Source of the DNA: a virus | Lineage: Duplodnaviria > Caudoviricetes | Direction: 5' to 3' (one strand) | DNA: 64,000 nucleotides | Virus record (IMG/VR): IMGVR_UViG_3300027754_000035 | Shown here: in pieces, positions 29,638 to 39,500 of the stretch | Layout: every line of letters starts with the position of its first letter | How positions within the stretch are numbered: position 1 is the stretch's first letter | Notes under the pieces: generated by a model | Database searches by the model: none | What the model saw: the letters and a program-made list of their open reading frames with translations, nothing else | Told to the model about the DNA's origin: nothing | Program-made: the position numbers and the translations under genes

Positions 29638-32043
29638 ATGAGTTATAATAATCCTATTACGAATGTTGCTTCCGATACTTTACACTATATAGGCAAAAAC
29701 TACAGTGATACGTTTGTCGTCCAAATTGGGGCGATGGATGGTATTAACTTCGACGATACCCGTGGTTTTTTAGATATGTACAAGTGGGACGCATTGTTGG
29801 TCGAACCGATTCCAGCAATCATGGACGAATTGCGAAAAAATTTCGCACTCATAACAAATTACAGATACGAACAATCAGCAATAACTGAATCGGATGGTGA
29901 AACTGTGATGTTGACTATTCCTACCGATGTTATTGAACGGGAAGGTTTACATCCCGGATATAAAGGTATGAGTGCGCTGTACCCTTTGAAAAATGGATTT
30001 GGTAGCGACTATCAGCGGGATATCGATGTTAAATCTAACTTTGGTGTGGATGTAAAAGTCAATACGTTGACATTGAAATCTTTATTCAATAAGCACCAAG
30101 TACAAAAGGTAGATGTATTTATTTGTGATGCTGAGGGGTATGATTGGAAGATATTCCAACAGTTCGATTTCAGCGTATTTCGTCCAAAATTTATTAGATT
30201 GGAGTATATCAACCTTTCAGACGATGAGAAGAAATTGGCGGCTGAGAAGTTTGAACAAAATGGGTATCTGGTTGAAATTGGTCAAAATATTGATTGTGTT
30301 GACAAGGAAATTTGGAGTAAAATTAAAAATGTGGATTCTTCTACTACGACTTCCATATCCGATTTGACTGTGGTCACGGGGTTGTGGAATATCAACCGAG
30401 TTGGTAGACCATTTGATCACTATATCGAAAATCTAAACAAATTGTTAGATATTGATGCGAATTTGTTTTTGTATCTACCAAAAGAATTGGAACCTTTGGT
30501 GTGGAAAAAGAGAACCAAACAGAATACTGTTGTCAAAATCTATGAATTGAACGATATTCAAAACATGTACAAACCATTCTGGGATAAAACTCAAAAATTG
30601 AGAACCGATCCAGCATGGATTAATAAGGCCGGATGGCTTGCAGCTTCACCTCAGGCTTCACAAGAATGGTACAATCCAATTGTGCAATCCAAGATGTTTT
30701 TGTTGAATGACGTTACCATTTGGAATCCTTTTAATACCAAACACTTTATGTGGTTGGATGCTGGTATCACCAACAGTGTATACGAAAAATACTTCACAGA
30801 CAACCGAGCACTGGATAAGATTGCGCCATATCTAGAACAATTCTTGTTCTTAAGCTATCCATATGAAGCCAACTCGGAGATCCACGGATTTGATTTTGAT
30901 GCTATCAATAGATACAGTGGTAAGAAGGTAACTTACGTTTGTAGAGGTGGATTGTTTGGTGGTACCAGAGATTCTATCAATCAAGCAAATGCAACCTACT
31001 ATTCTCTTTTAGATAGAACGTTGAGCGACGGATACATGGGTACAGAAGAAAGTGTATTTACCATCATGTCATATTTGGAACCCGAGAAGTATAGACGCTA
31101 CTCTCTGGATTCAAATGGTTTGATTGTGAAGTTTGCACAAGCACTACTGGACAATAAAGTTGAGCTTGAGCCTGTTCCCAAAGACACAAACACATACACT
31201 CCCAGAAAGTTTGTTAATCCCGACAAGTTGAAGTTGTCGGTGTATATGTTGACATTTAATTTTCCACATCAACTTGAACACACCATACAAACATGGTTAC
31301 AACATCCTAAGTGGATCACCAATACTAAAAACATTCTTATTGATAATTCCACAAATGAGGATGCTAGAATTGCCAATGCTAAACTCTGCAAAAAGTACAA
31401 CTTTGAGCACATCATTAATAACAAAAATGATGGTATCAATGGTGGTAGATTAAAAGCAGCACAACACTTTCAAGAATCCGACAGTGATTATTATGTGTTT
31501 TTGGAAGATGACATGGGTTTACATCCGCCGGGTCACAATTTTTGTCGCAACGGATTCAGAACTTATGTTCCCGATTTATACGATAAAGTGTTAAAAATAA
31601 TCGGCGGTGATGTGGATGTAGACTTTTTGAAATTCTCGTATACCGAGGTGTATATGGACAACAATATTCAAGTTTCTTGGTATAACGTACCCAAGGTGGT
31701 GCGAGCGGAGGTTTGGCCAAATTATACCAAATTGCCTGTGTCTGGTCTTGATCCTAACTGCCCACGCACCAAGTTTGATACCATAGAGGTTGTGGATGGA
31801 TTGAGTTATATCAAAGGTGACGTGTATTATGCAAACTGGCCAATGATTGTGGGTAAAAGTGGCAATAAAAAGATGTTTTTGGACACTACATGGGCATATC
31901 CATATGAACAAACTTGGATGAGTCACATGTTCCAAGAAACAAAAAAAGGTAACTTGAAACCGGCTGTTCTACTAGCAAGTCCTATCCACCATAACAGAAT
32001 TGCTTATTATAAGCCAGAAGAAAGAAAAGAAAATGCGGGGTAA
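29638..32043 (+). CDS. Tri-domain protein: FkbM-type SAM methyltransferase + HtrL/YibB(WlaTC)-like glycosyltransferase + GT-A domain
   Basis: VVQIGAMDG...LLVEP...ICDAEGYDW (FkbM); LTVVTGLWNI...SKMFLL...WLDAGI...GGLFGG...GTEE (HtrL/YibB); ILIDNS...YVFLEDDM (GT-A). Confidence 0.7.
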   Translation: MSYNNPITNVASDTLHYIGKNYSDTFVVQIGAMDGINFDDTRGFLDMYKWDALLVEPIPAIMDELRKNFALITNYRYEQSAITESDGETVMLTIPTDVIEREGLHPGYKGMSALYPLKNGFGSDYQRDIDVKSNFGVDVKVNTLTLKSLFNKHQVQKVDVFICDAEGYDWKIFQQFDFSVFRPKFIRLEYINLSDDEKKLAAEKFEQNGYLVEIGQNIDCVDKEIWSKIKNVDSSTTTSISDLTVVTGLWNINRVGRPFDHYIENLNKLLDIDANLFLYLPKELEPLVWKKRTKQNTVVKIYELNDIQNMYKPFWDKTQKLRTDPAWINKAGWLAASPQASQEWYNPIVQSKMFLLNDVTIWNPFNTKHFMWLDAGITNSVYEKYFTDNRALDKIAPYLEQFLFLSYPYEANSEIHGFDFDAINRYSGKKVTYVCRGGLFGGTRDSINQANATYYSLLDRTLSDGYMGTEESVFTIMSYLEPEKYRRYSLDSNGLIVKFAQALLDNKVELEPVPKDTNTYTPRKFVNPDKLKLSVYMLTFNFPHQLEHTIQTWLQHPKWITNTKNILIDNSTNEDARIANAKLCKKYNFEHIINNKNDGINGGRLKAAQHFQESDSDYYVFLEDDMGLHPPGHNFCRNGFRTYVPDLYDKVLKIIGGDVDVDFLKFSYTEVYMDNNIQVSWYNVPKVVRAEVWPNYTKLPVSGLDPNCPRTKFDTIEVVDGLSYIKGDVYYANWPMIVGKSGNKKMFLDTTWAYPYEQTWMSHMFQETKKGNLKPAVLLASPIHHNRIAYYKPEERKENAG

Positions 32044-32071
32044 TTCTATCATACAAAACCAATTGATCGTA

Positions 32072-32079
32072 TATTTATA
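32072..32079 (+). promoter_or_regulatory. TATTTATA motif (putative late promoter)
   Basis: Starts 13 nt before ATG 32085. Confidence 0.55.
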
Positions 32080-32084
32080 GTAGA

Positions 32085-34505
32085 ATGTCAAATGCGCTGA
32101 ACATCTATAACGAGAATTTTGGATATCAAGTTGTCACCAATGGAACATATGTGGCGATTGGTAATCCAAACTCAAAACCATACAGCTGTCAAGAGGGGTT
32201 TATCCGCATTGGTGAAGTGTTGGTATATCAAAAAAACCGATTTCAGTCCAACTACTCATTTGCAAAAACATATCGTAGACAGGCGTCGGCACCAACTGTT
32301 ATAACCCAAACTAGTTATGGTAAAGCACTGGCTATGTGTGATGATTGGTTGGCTGTGGCAGATACCGCATATAGTCAAAGTACCAGTGGAACACCAACAT
32401 CGGGTTGTGGAGTAGACATTTATAGACTGTACAATACATCCCCAACCGCAAGTTGTGACACAGATCCGGCGTCATGGACGTTAGATTCAACTCCAGCATA
32501 TTCAATAACATATACAGGCAATGTGTCTGATAAATTTGGTCAAGCTGTTGCGATCTCTGACAATTTTATGGTTGTTGGTGTCCCAGGTCACAACAGTGAT
32601 CTGGGTAAAATAATGATTTATCGTTACGATGGTGCATCTGGATTTGTTTATTATAAAACTGTGGTGTGTCCCGATGTTGGTCAAAAATTGTTTGGTGCTG
32701 CTGTTTCTATAGATAAACTTTCTGAAAATAGAATTGCTGTGGGAACTCTCACAACCACACAAAGTCGAGTTTATGTATATGATTTAACCAACGATGCAAA
32801 TGTGAGTGTTACTTTGCGTCAACGGTTGGAACAAAACACAGCATCAAAATGGTTGCAGACAGGTGGTGATAATACGATTTCATTTTATCCATCTGGAAGC
32901 AACGCTCAAACACATACTAGATATGGTTCTTCAGTGGCAATTTCCAATGATATTTTGATTGTTGGTGCTCCCAATGATTTGATTTACTATGAATACAGTG
33001 GTTCCGCACTGGTACGTCAACGGGGTGCTGCGTATGTGTACTATACACCATCTGGTTCTGGACAATATATACTTGAACAGAAATTGTATGGTGATGGCAA
33101 CACGTTCAAAGACAATCTGTTTGGATATAGCATTGATGTGGATGATAAGTACATATTGATTGGATCACCAAAACCTTATTTTCCATTTTCAAGTGTGTAT
33201 TTGTCGGCGTCTGTTGATCGATATAATTTGAATTTCGACGATGATGATTTTGGAGCAAGCACTTACAACGGTCAAACACTTTTGTATCGTTGGACAACCA
33301 ACCAATGCTCTGGATCAACTATATTGAATTTGGCTACCACCGCTCCAATTTCATATCGAAAACGCATAGGTGAGTGCTTTACTGCATTTGGAGAGTCGGT
33401 TGCACTATCCAACGACAACATTGTGATTGGAGCACCAGCACCGTTGGATGATGATTTGTATTTACAAACGCCGTTGCTGACTGAGCAAAGTGATACTCCA
33501 ACAACAGATTGCTCGACTGAGATTGCCGACATCTGGGAACTTGCAATGGAGGATTCAATTTGTGATTGTTCCGGTAATGAAATAAACGGTGGTGGAGGTG
33601 GAATCGTTTATGTTGTCGAGCAGCCCATTGTGGATGTATTTGGTAAAGCGTTTATTTACAACTTTTCTGATCTACAAAAGGACGCCAAGGTCGGAAATGT
33701 GTTCTATAACAACGATAAGTTCATTGTCAACAATACTGGTAGCGTACTACGTGATTTATTGCGTGACCCAACCAATACTTTGAATGATTATATCTACGGA
33801 TCATATCAAAGCCAAATAACGTTGAACGAAAAGCAGTTTATTTGCACAATTGAACCAGGCGAGTTTAATGTCAGCACAAATCCAACCGCAATCACTGGAT
33901 CTGCGTTTGATTATGCTATTTCAAACGACGAACAGTTCAACTTTACGGATCTAGATCTGATTCTTAGATATATTAATTCTAAATTGACCACCAATCGTAG
34001 TGAATATTGGTGGGATGTTTTGGTAGAGGGCGATATACAACAAAGTCAATTCACATTCTTTACGTCGTCGATGTACAACTACACACAAAGTAAATTGACA
34101 CCCGAGTTAAAGTGTGTACTCAACAGTAAGAATTTTGATATTAATAACGATGGTATTGTTGATTATTCCGATGCATACATGCTCTGGAATTACTATATTG
34201 AGAATCTAGAGATTGTTAATTATAAACAGTACATTTCTCCAACGTCAAGACGCAACAACTACGATGATATTATCAAGTTTTTGGATACTAAAACCGGCAA
34301 AGGTTTTGGCAATAAAATTAAAAATGAGTTCTTTGCTTATCACATCAGCGCATCTTTGGACCCAACTGGTTCCTATCTTGCTCCGTATATTACCGATGTA
34401 GGTTTGTATGCGGGCGCAGATTTGGTGGCTATTGGTAAAATTGCAAGTCCGATTAAAAATAACGGACAAATTCCAATCAATATTGTGGTGAAATGGGATA
34501 CCTAA
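32085..34505 (+). CDS. Tail/baseplate protein with FG-GAP-like beta-propeller, EF-hand-like loop and fibre-collar C-terminus
   Basis: Repeats FGQAVAISDNFMVVGVP, FGAAVSI, YGSSVAISNDILIVGAP, FGYSIDV, FGESVALSNDNIVIGAP; DINNDGIVDYSD; PYITDVGLY...LVAIGK. Confidence 0.75.
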   Translation: MSNALNIYNENFGYQVVTNGTYVAIGNPNSKPYSCQEGFIRIGEVLVYQKNRFQSNYSFAKTYRRQASAPTVITQTSYGKALAMCDDWLAVADTAYSQSTSGTPTSGCGVDIYRLYNTSPTASCDTDPASWTLDSTPAYSITYTGNVSDKFGQAVAISDNFMVVGVPGHNSDLGKIMIYRYDGASGFVYYKTVVCPDVGQKLFGAAVSIDKLSENRIAVGTLTTTQSRVYVYDLTNDANVSVTLRQRLEQNTASKWLQTGGDNTISFYPSGSNAQTHTRYGSSVAISNDILIVGAPNDLIYYEYSGSALVRQRGAAYVYYTPSGSGQYILEQKLYGDGNTFKDNLFGYSIDVDDKYILIGSPKPYFPFSSVYLSASVDRYNLNFDDDDFGASTYNGQTLLYRWTTNQCSGSTILNLATTAPISYRKRIGECFTAFGESVALSNDNIVIGAPAPLDDDLYLQTPLLTEQSDTPTTDCSTEIADIWELAMEDSICDCSGNEINGGGGGIVYVVEQPIVDVFGKAFIYNFSDLQKDAKVGNVFYNNDKFIVNNTGSVLRDLLRDPTNTLNDYIYGSYQSQITLNEKQFICTIEPGEFNVSTNPTAITGSAFDYAISNDEQFNFTDLDLILRYINSKLTTNRSEYWWDVLVEGDIQQSQFTFFTSSMYNYTQSKLTPELKCVLNSKNFDINNDGIVDYSDAYMLWNYYIENLEIVNYKQYISPTSRRNNYDDIIKFLDTKTGKGFGNKIKNEFFAYHISASLDPTGSYLAPYITDVGLYAGADLVAIGKIASPIKNNGQIPINIVVKWDT

Positions 34506-34508
34506 CCC

Positions 34509-34515
34509 TATTTAT
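34509..34515 (+). promoter_or_regulatory. TATTTAT motif (putative late promoter)
   Basis: 28 nt before ATG 34537. Confidence 0.45.
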
Positions 34516-34536
34516 TATAAAGAATACTAGAAACAT

Positions 34537-35022
34537 ATGGCAACCCAATCTGATAGCAAAGTGATTGATCGTGAGTCAACAAACAGAAGTTTGGCTGACA
34601 GATATTTATCGGGTCAAGCAGCGGGTGGTGCATACCAACCAGTTCAAAAGAACGTAAAATCCCAAGGAACCAATGAATTGGCAGTGCAGAACAGCATTGT
34701 TGATGCCAAGTATACTTCCACCAAGGGTTTCAAGTTGGGTACCAACACTGGTACTGAAAACTTTAACACTACTGCTTTGAATTATAGCGATAACATCAAT
34801 GGTGGTGTGCGTACCGATGGTGTTGATAAAATCGCAACCAATTGGAATGGTGCAGGAAGCAAAGCTGCTTTGTATACAACCACAGCCGGAGGATTCCAAA
34901 CCAAAGCAGCAGTGGGACAATCACAATTTAATGATGCTCAAGGACTACAGTCCAAGCAACAATCCCTTTATATGAAGGGGTTCAATAACCAAAAATACAG
35001 TAACGGTAAGTTTACTCGCTAA
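34537..35022 (+). CDS. Hypothetical protein with weak internal duplication
   Basis: KYTSTKGF...G..NFN vs LYTTTAGGF...G..QFN. Confidence 0.7.
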   Translation: MATQSDSKVIDRESTNRSLADRYLSGQAAGGAYQPVQKNVKSQGTNELAVQNSIVDAKYTSTKGFKLGTNTGTENFNTTALNYSDNINGGVRTDGVDKIATNWNGAGSKAALYTTTAGGFQTKAAVGQSQFNDAQGLQSKQQSLYMKGFNNQKYSNGKFTR

Positions 35023-35041
35023 ACTCACTATGTATTAGGTA

Positions 35042-35554
35042 ATGGTTATACTAGGGTTAGATTCGTCCACATCAGTAACAGGTTGGGCATTTAGAGAGGA
35101 TAAAAAGATCCTCTCTGCTGGTTTTGTTGACACCAAAAAATTCGATACAACCAAGGAAAAGACGCAACACGTTATTTCCGTTTTACAAAAAGATCCAAAC
35201 ATGAAGAATGTGGATCATGTTAACTTGGAGGCAGCACTCAGTGGGTTTGCCGGTGGATTTACGTCACAACAGGTCATTATAACACTAGCACGACACAATG
35301 CGGTGTTTGCCTACATAATGGAAGAACACTTAAAGAAGAAGGTAAATCTTTTGAGTGTGACCACAATGCGTAAGCATCTGTTTGGTAAGTGTCGTATCAA
35401 GGGCATCAAACCCAAGGAATTTGTAAAACAACAGTTGGAGTCGTTGATGCCAGATGTAATACAGTTCGCCGTATTGAATAAAAAAAACAAGTGGGACGAG
35501 CGGAATAGTGATATGTACGATGCTGTGGTATGCGCCATGTACGACGCAAATTAA
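35042..35554 (+). CDS. RuvC-like Holliday junction resolvase
   Basis: ILGLDSSTSVTGWA (catalytic Asp), VNLEA (Glu), DMYDAV (C-terminal Asp pair): RNase H-fold resolvase pattern. Confidence 0.8.
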   Translation: MVILGLDSSTSVTGWAFREDKKILSAGFVDTKKFDTTKEKTQHVISVLQKDPNMKNVDHVNLEAALSGFAGGFTSQQVIITLARHNAVFAYIMEEHLKKKVNLLSVTTMRKHLFGKCRIKGIKPKEFVKQQLESLMPDVIQFAVLNKKNKWDERNSDMYDAVVCAMYDAN

Positions 35555-35558
35555 AAAA

Positions 35559-35586
35559 TTGCAACTCGTAAGATGTGGTGTATGCT
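35559..35586 (+). promoter_or_regulatory. Sigma70-like promoter for the primase operon
   Basis: TTGCAA-N16-TATGCT, 11 nt before ATG 35598. Confidence 0.45.
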
Positions 35587-35597
35587 ACTGTAGACGT

Positions 35598-36518
35598 ATG
35601 GTTGAAACATCGGTACTAGATATACTTACAAAGTTGTTTAAGCATCGCCCACATATTCAGAAGGGCGGTGAAGAACTCATGTTTTTCTGTCCAAGTTGCA
35701 ACCACTACAAGCGTAAACTAAATATTAATACCAATAGTGGTTATTATCACTGTTGGGTGTGTAATTTTAGTGGCAAAAGTTACAAGAGCTTGTTGAGCAA
35801 GATCAAGGCACCATCAGAATTCTACGAAGTTCTGTGCAAAATCAAGGTGTCCAAGACTCAAAACCATAACGAAGTCAAAAAGTTGTTTTTGCCTTATGAA
35901 TTCAAGCCGTTGTATAAACCATCACCCGAAGTAGCGTATAAACACGCTGTGTCGTATTGTGTGAGTCGTGGACTCACGGTGTATGACATGATTAGATACA
36001 ACATCGGGTATTGTACTGAGGGGCAGTTCCAGAACCGCATTGTGGTACCATCGTATAATGCCACAGGCGAATTGAATTTTTATTGTGGTCGTGACTATTA
36101 CAATAGTAAAATAAAGTATCGGCTGTGTGAGTCAACAAAAGACATTGTTGGGTTTGAGATGCTGACAGATTTTACCAAACCTATCACGTTGGTAGAGGGT
36201 GTATTTGATGCATTTTCAGTAAAGTATAATGCTGTACCATTGTTTGGGAAAACACTCAGCAGCAAACTTAAAATAAAGTTGATGACCCAAAAACCTCCCC
36301 GAGTTAATGTGTTGTTGGATAATGATGCCATCAAAAGTAGTCTTGAGATATGCACCTTTCTGATTCAGAATCAGATTGATGCGTACTTAGTTTTATTGGA
36401 CGGTAAAGATCCCAATGAAATTGGACATACAAAGACATGGCAAAACATTGATGCTAGTGTTAAGATGGATGAAACAACGTTGTTTAAGATGAAAATGAAA
36501 CTGAAGCACAATCTATGA
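35598..36518 (+). CDS. DNA primase (Zn-finger + TOPRIM; gp61/DnaG-like)
   Basis: CPSC..H....CWVC zinc finger, RIVVP, VEGVFDA, LDNDA, KDPNE; start moved from 35508. Confidence 0.85.
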   Translation: MVETSVLDILTKLFKHRPHIQKGGEELMFFCPSCNHYKRKLNINTNSGYYHCWVCNFSGKSYKSLLSKIKAPSEFYEVLCKIKVSKTQNHNEVKKLFLPYEFKPLYKPSPEVAYKHAVSYCVSRGLTVYDMIRYNIGYCTEGQFQNRIVVPSYNATGELNFYCGRDYYNSKIKYRLCESTKDIVGFEMLTDFTKPITLVEGVFDAFSVKYNAVPLFGKTLSSKLKIKLMTQKPPRVNVLLDNDAIKSSLEICTFLIQNQIDAYLVLLDGKDPNEIGHTKTWQNIDASVKMDETTLFKMKMKLKHNL

Positions 36519-39500
36519 TAGTTCTAAAAAATACAGATACGAAATTTGACTTTGCGGTTCAAGTCTCGGATATTCATATCAGACTCACCAAACGCCATGA
36601 CGAATATACAAGTGTATTTGATAGATTCTATGGTTTCTTGGACAAGCTTGGTAAAAATGCCAGTGCTATTTGTGTTGTGACCGGAGATGTGTTTCACAAT
36701 AAAAGCGATCTAAGTCCAGAGTGTGTTCATATTGGTATTGATTTTCTCAAAAATTGTGCCAACAGAATGCCCACGATTTTGATCGCAGGTAATCATGATG
36801 CTACGTTGGCAAACAAAAGTAGATTGGATTGTTTGACGCCAATCGTTCAAGGACTGAATCATCCAAATCTATATTATCTCAAGTCCAGCGACGTTTTCCG
36901 CTACGAAAATATTCTTTTCAACCATTTTAGTGTATTTGATGAACCAGATAAATACATCAAGTATGACAGCATTCCGCCCAAATATCGACACGAAACTGAA
37001 CACCACGTTGCGTTGTTTCATGGTCCAGTTAACAACGCAGTAACCGACGTAGGATATACTGTTAGTAATCGTGCCATCACCAACGAATTGTTTGATGGTC
37101 ATCAGATTGTGATGTTGGGCGATATTCACAAGCATCAAATTTTGCAAGAATATGATGATGCAAACGGCAAACCCGTAGTTGTATATGCCGGTAGCATGAT
37201 TCAACAGAATCATGGCGAAGACCTCAAGGGGCATGGGTTTTTGTTGTGGGATTTGAAGCGTAAGATGTTCAAGCATTATGAACTAGCCAACGATTATGGC
37301 TTCTACACGGTAGAAATCAATAAGGGAAAGTTACTTACTGACATCAAGGATCTGCCTAAAAAGGCACGTATTCGCACCAAGTGTTTTGAATCTATTCCGT
37401 CGCAGGTCAAAGATGTGATGGCTGAACTCAAGCAAAAGTGTGAAATACTTGAATCCACATTTATTCGCGTGGATGAATTCGATACCAACAACAGCAAAGT
37501 TACACATCTCCTTGATATCCATAATATTTTCAACGTAGATTATCAGAATAAGTTGATTGAGGATAGTCTGACTGGCAAGAAAGTTGATGCCGCCTTGATT
37601 GAAAAAGTCAAGATACTCAACAAAACCATCAATACCCAAATCCCAAAGGATAAAACCCCCAAGAACATTCGTTGGAAACCCAAGACTTTTGAGTTTGACA
37701 ACATGTTTAGTTACGGTGAAGGCAATTTTATTGATTTTACTCAACTACGGGGAACTATTGGTTTGTTTGCTCCAAATGCCAGCGGTAAGAGTAGCATCAT
37801 GGATGCATTGGCATTTTGTGTCTTTGATAAATTCAGCAAAGGCTACAAAGCGGGACATGTGTTAAATACACAAAAAATGACTTTCAAGTGTAAATTTAAC
37901 TTTGAGGTTAGTGGTGTTGATTACTTTATTGAACGTGAGGGTAAAGCTGATAAAAAGGGTAACGTAAAGGTTGAAGTTAAATTCTATAAGCTTGAAAATG
38001 GAAATGAAGTTCCATTGAACGGAGAAGCTCGTAGAAGTACCAATGATATCATTCGTGATTATGTGGGTACATACGACGATTTTATTCTTACCGTATTGAG
38101 TATTCAAAACAGCAAGACAGGTTCATTTGTGGATCTTGGACAAACCGAGCGTAAGGATTTGTTGTGCCAATTTATGGGTCTCAATGTATTTGATCAATTG
38201 TATAATATTGCCAATGAGAACTTCAAGGAAACCAATACTCTGTTGAAGAGTGTCAGCAAGGATCAGCTAGACGCAGATCTTGTTAATATATCTGGTAGTA
38301 TTGATATTAACCAATCAAACATCACATCTTTTAATTCTGAGTTGACAGTACTGGAACAAACGAAGGATGAGCACAACAACAATCTTTTGCAACTGAGCAA
38401 GAATATTGTTAAGCTAGATTCGGTTAAGTATGTTGATATCGTCGGATTGGAAAAAAACAAGATTGACTATGAAGAAAAAGTTGGTAAGTTTCAATCGGAC
38501 ATCGTTGACAACAAGACCAAAATGGAGTCAATTGAATTGCAACTTTCACAGTTGAGTTCTTCTTTGAAATTGTGTGAGAACATTGAGACCACCTATCAAG
38601 AATATAAGGATGTCAAGAAACTTGAGGAAAGCAAACAGCATCAGATTGACAGACTAAAGGTTGTCATAAAGAGCAAGGTTGATAAGCTCAAGAAACTTGA
38701 GGAACACAAGTATGACCCTAACTGCGAATACTGTATCAATAACGTGTTCGTAAAAGATGCTATTGCTACAAAACAAGATCTCGAAAATGAAAAGATCAAT
38801 GCCGCCATTATCATAGGCGAATACAACACATTAAAAGCCAAGGTCGAGGCGTTTGGCGATATAGAAACCACATATCAGACCTGTCAGAGTGGGAATAATG
38901 AGAAAATTAAATTGGAAAAACGTCGGGAGATTATAAACACATCAATACTCCGAGATGAAAATTATTTGATAACATTACAAAACACGTTGAAAGCCACAGT
39001 TGATGCAATTGATAATTTCTATAAAAATAAGGATACTATTGAGAACAACCAAATGTTGTTGAATCAGATTGACGAACACAAGGCTATTATCAAGGATATT
39101 GAATCTGAAATTAAGTCTGTGAATTCAAAATTGTTCACGGCGTCAACCGAAAAGGGTAAGTTGGAACTTCAATACAAGAATACTACCGAGCAATTGAATA
39201 AGGTCAAAGAGTTGGAGGTATCATACGAAGCATACAAACTATATACTGCTGTTATTAGCCGTGACGGTATTCCATATGAAGTTATCACCAAAACTTTGCC
39301 GGAAATTGAAAAAGAGGTCAACAATATTTTGAGCCAAATCGTTGAATTCACAGTAACTCTTACAACCGATGGCAAAAACATCATGAGCAACATTGTTTAT
39401 GATGATAAGCGTTGGCCGTTGGAGATGGCTAGTGGAATGGAAAAGTTTGTGAGCGGGTTGGCTATTCGTGTAGCATTGATCAACATTAGTAATCTACCAA

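Noticed and set aside
34130-34175. Cellulosomal dockerin in the FG-GAP protein
   Set aside because: Only one DxNxDGxxD loop is present; dockerins need a duplicated pair. Treated as a single EF-hand-like Ca site.
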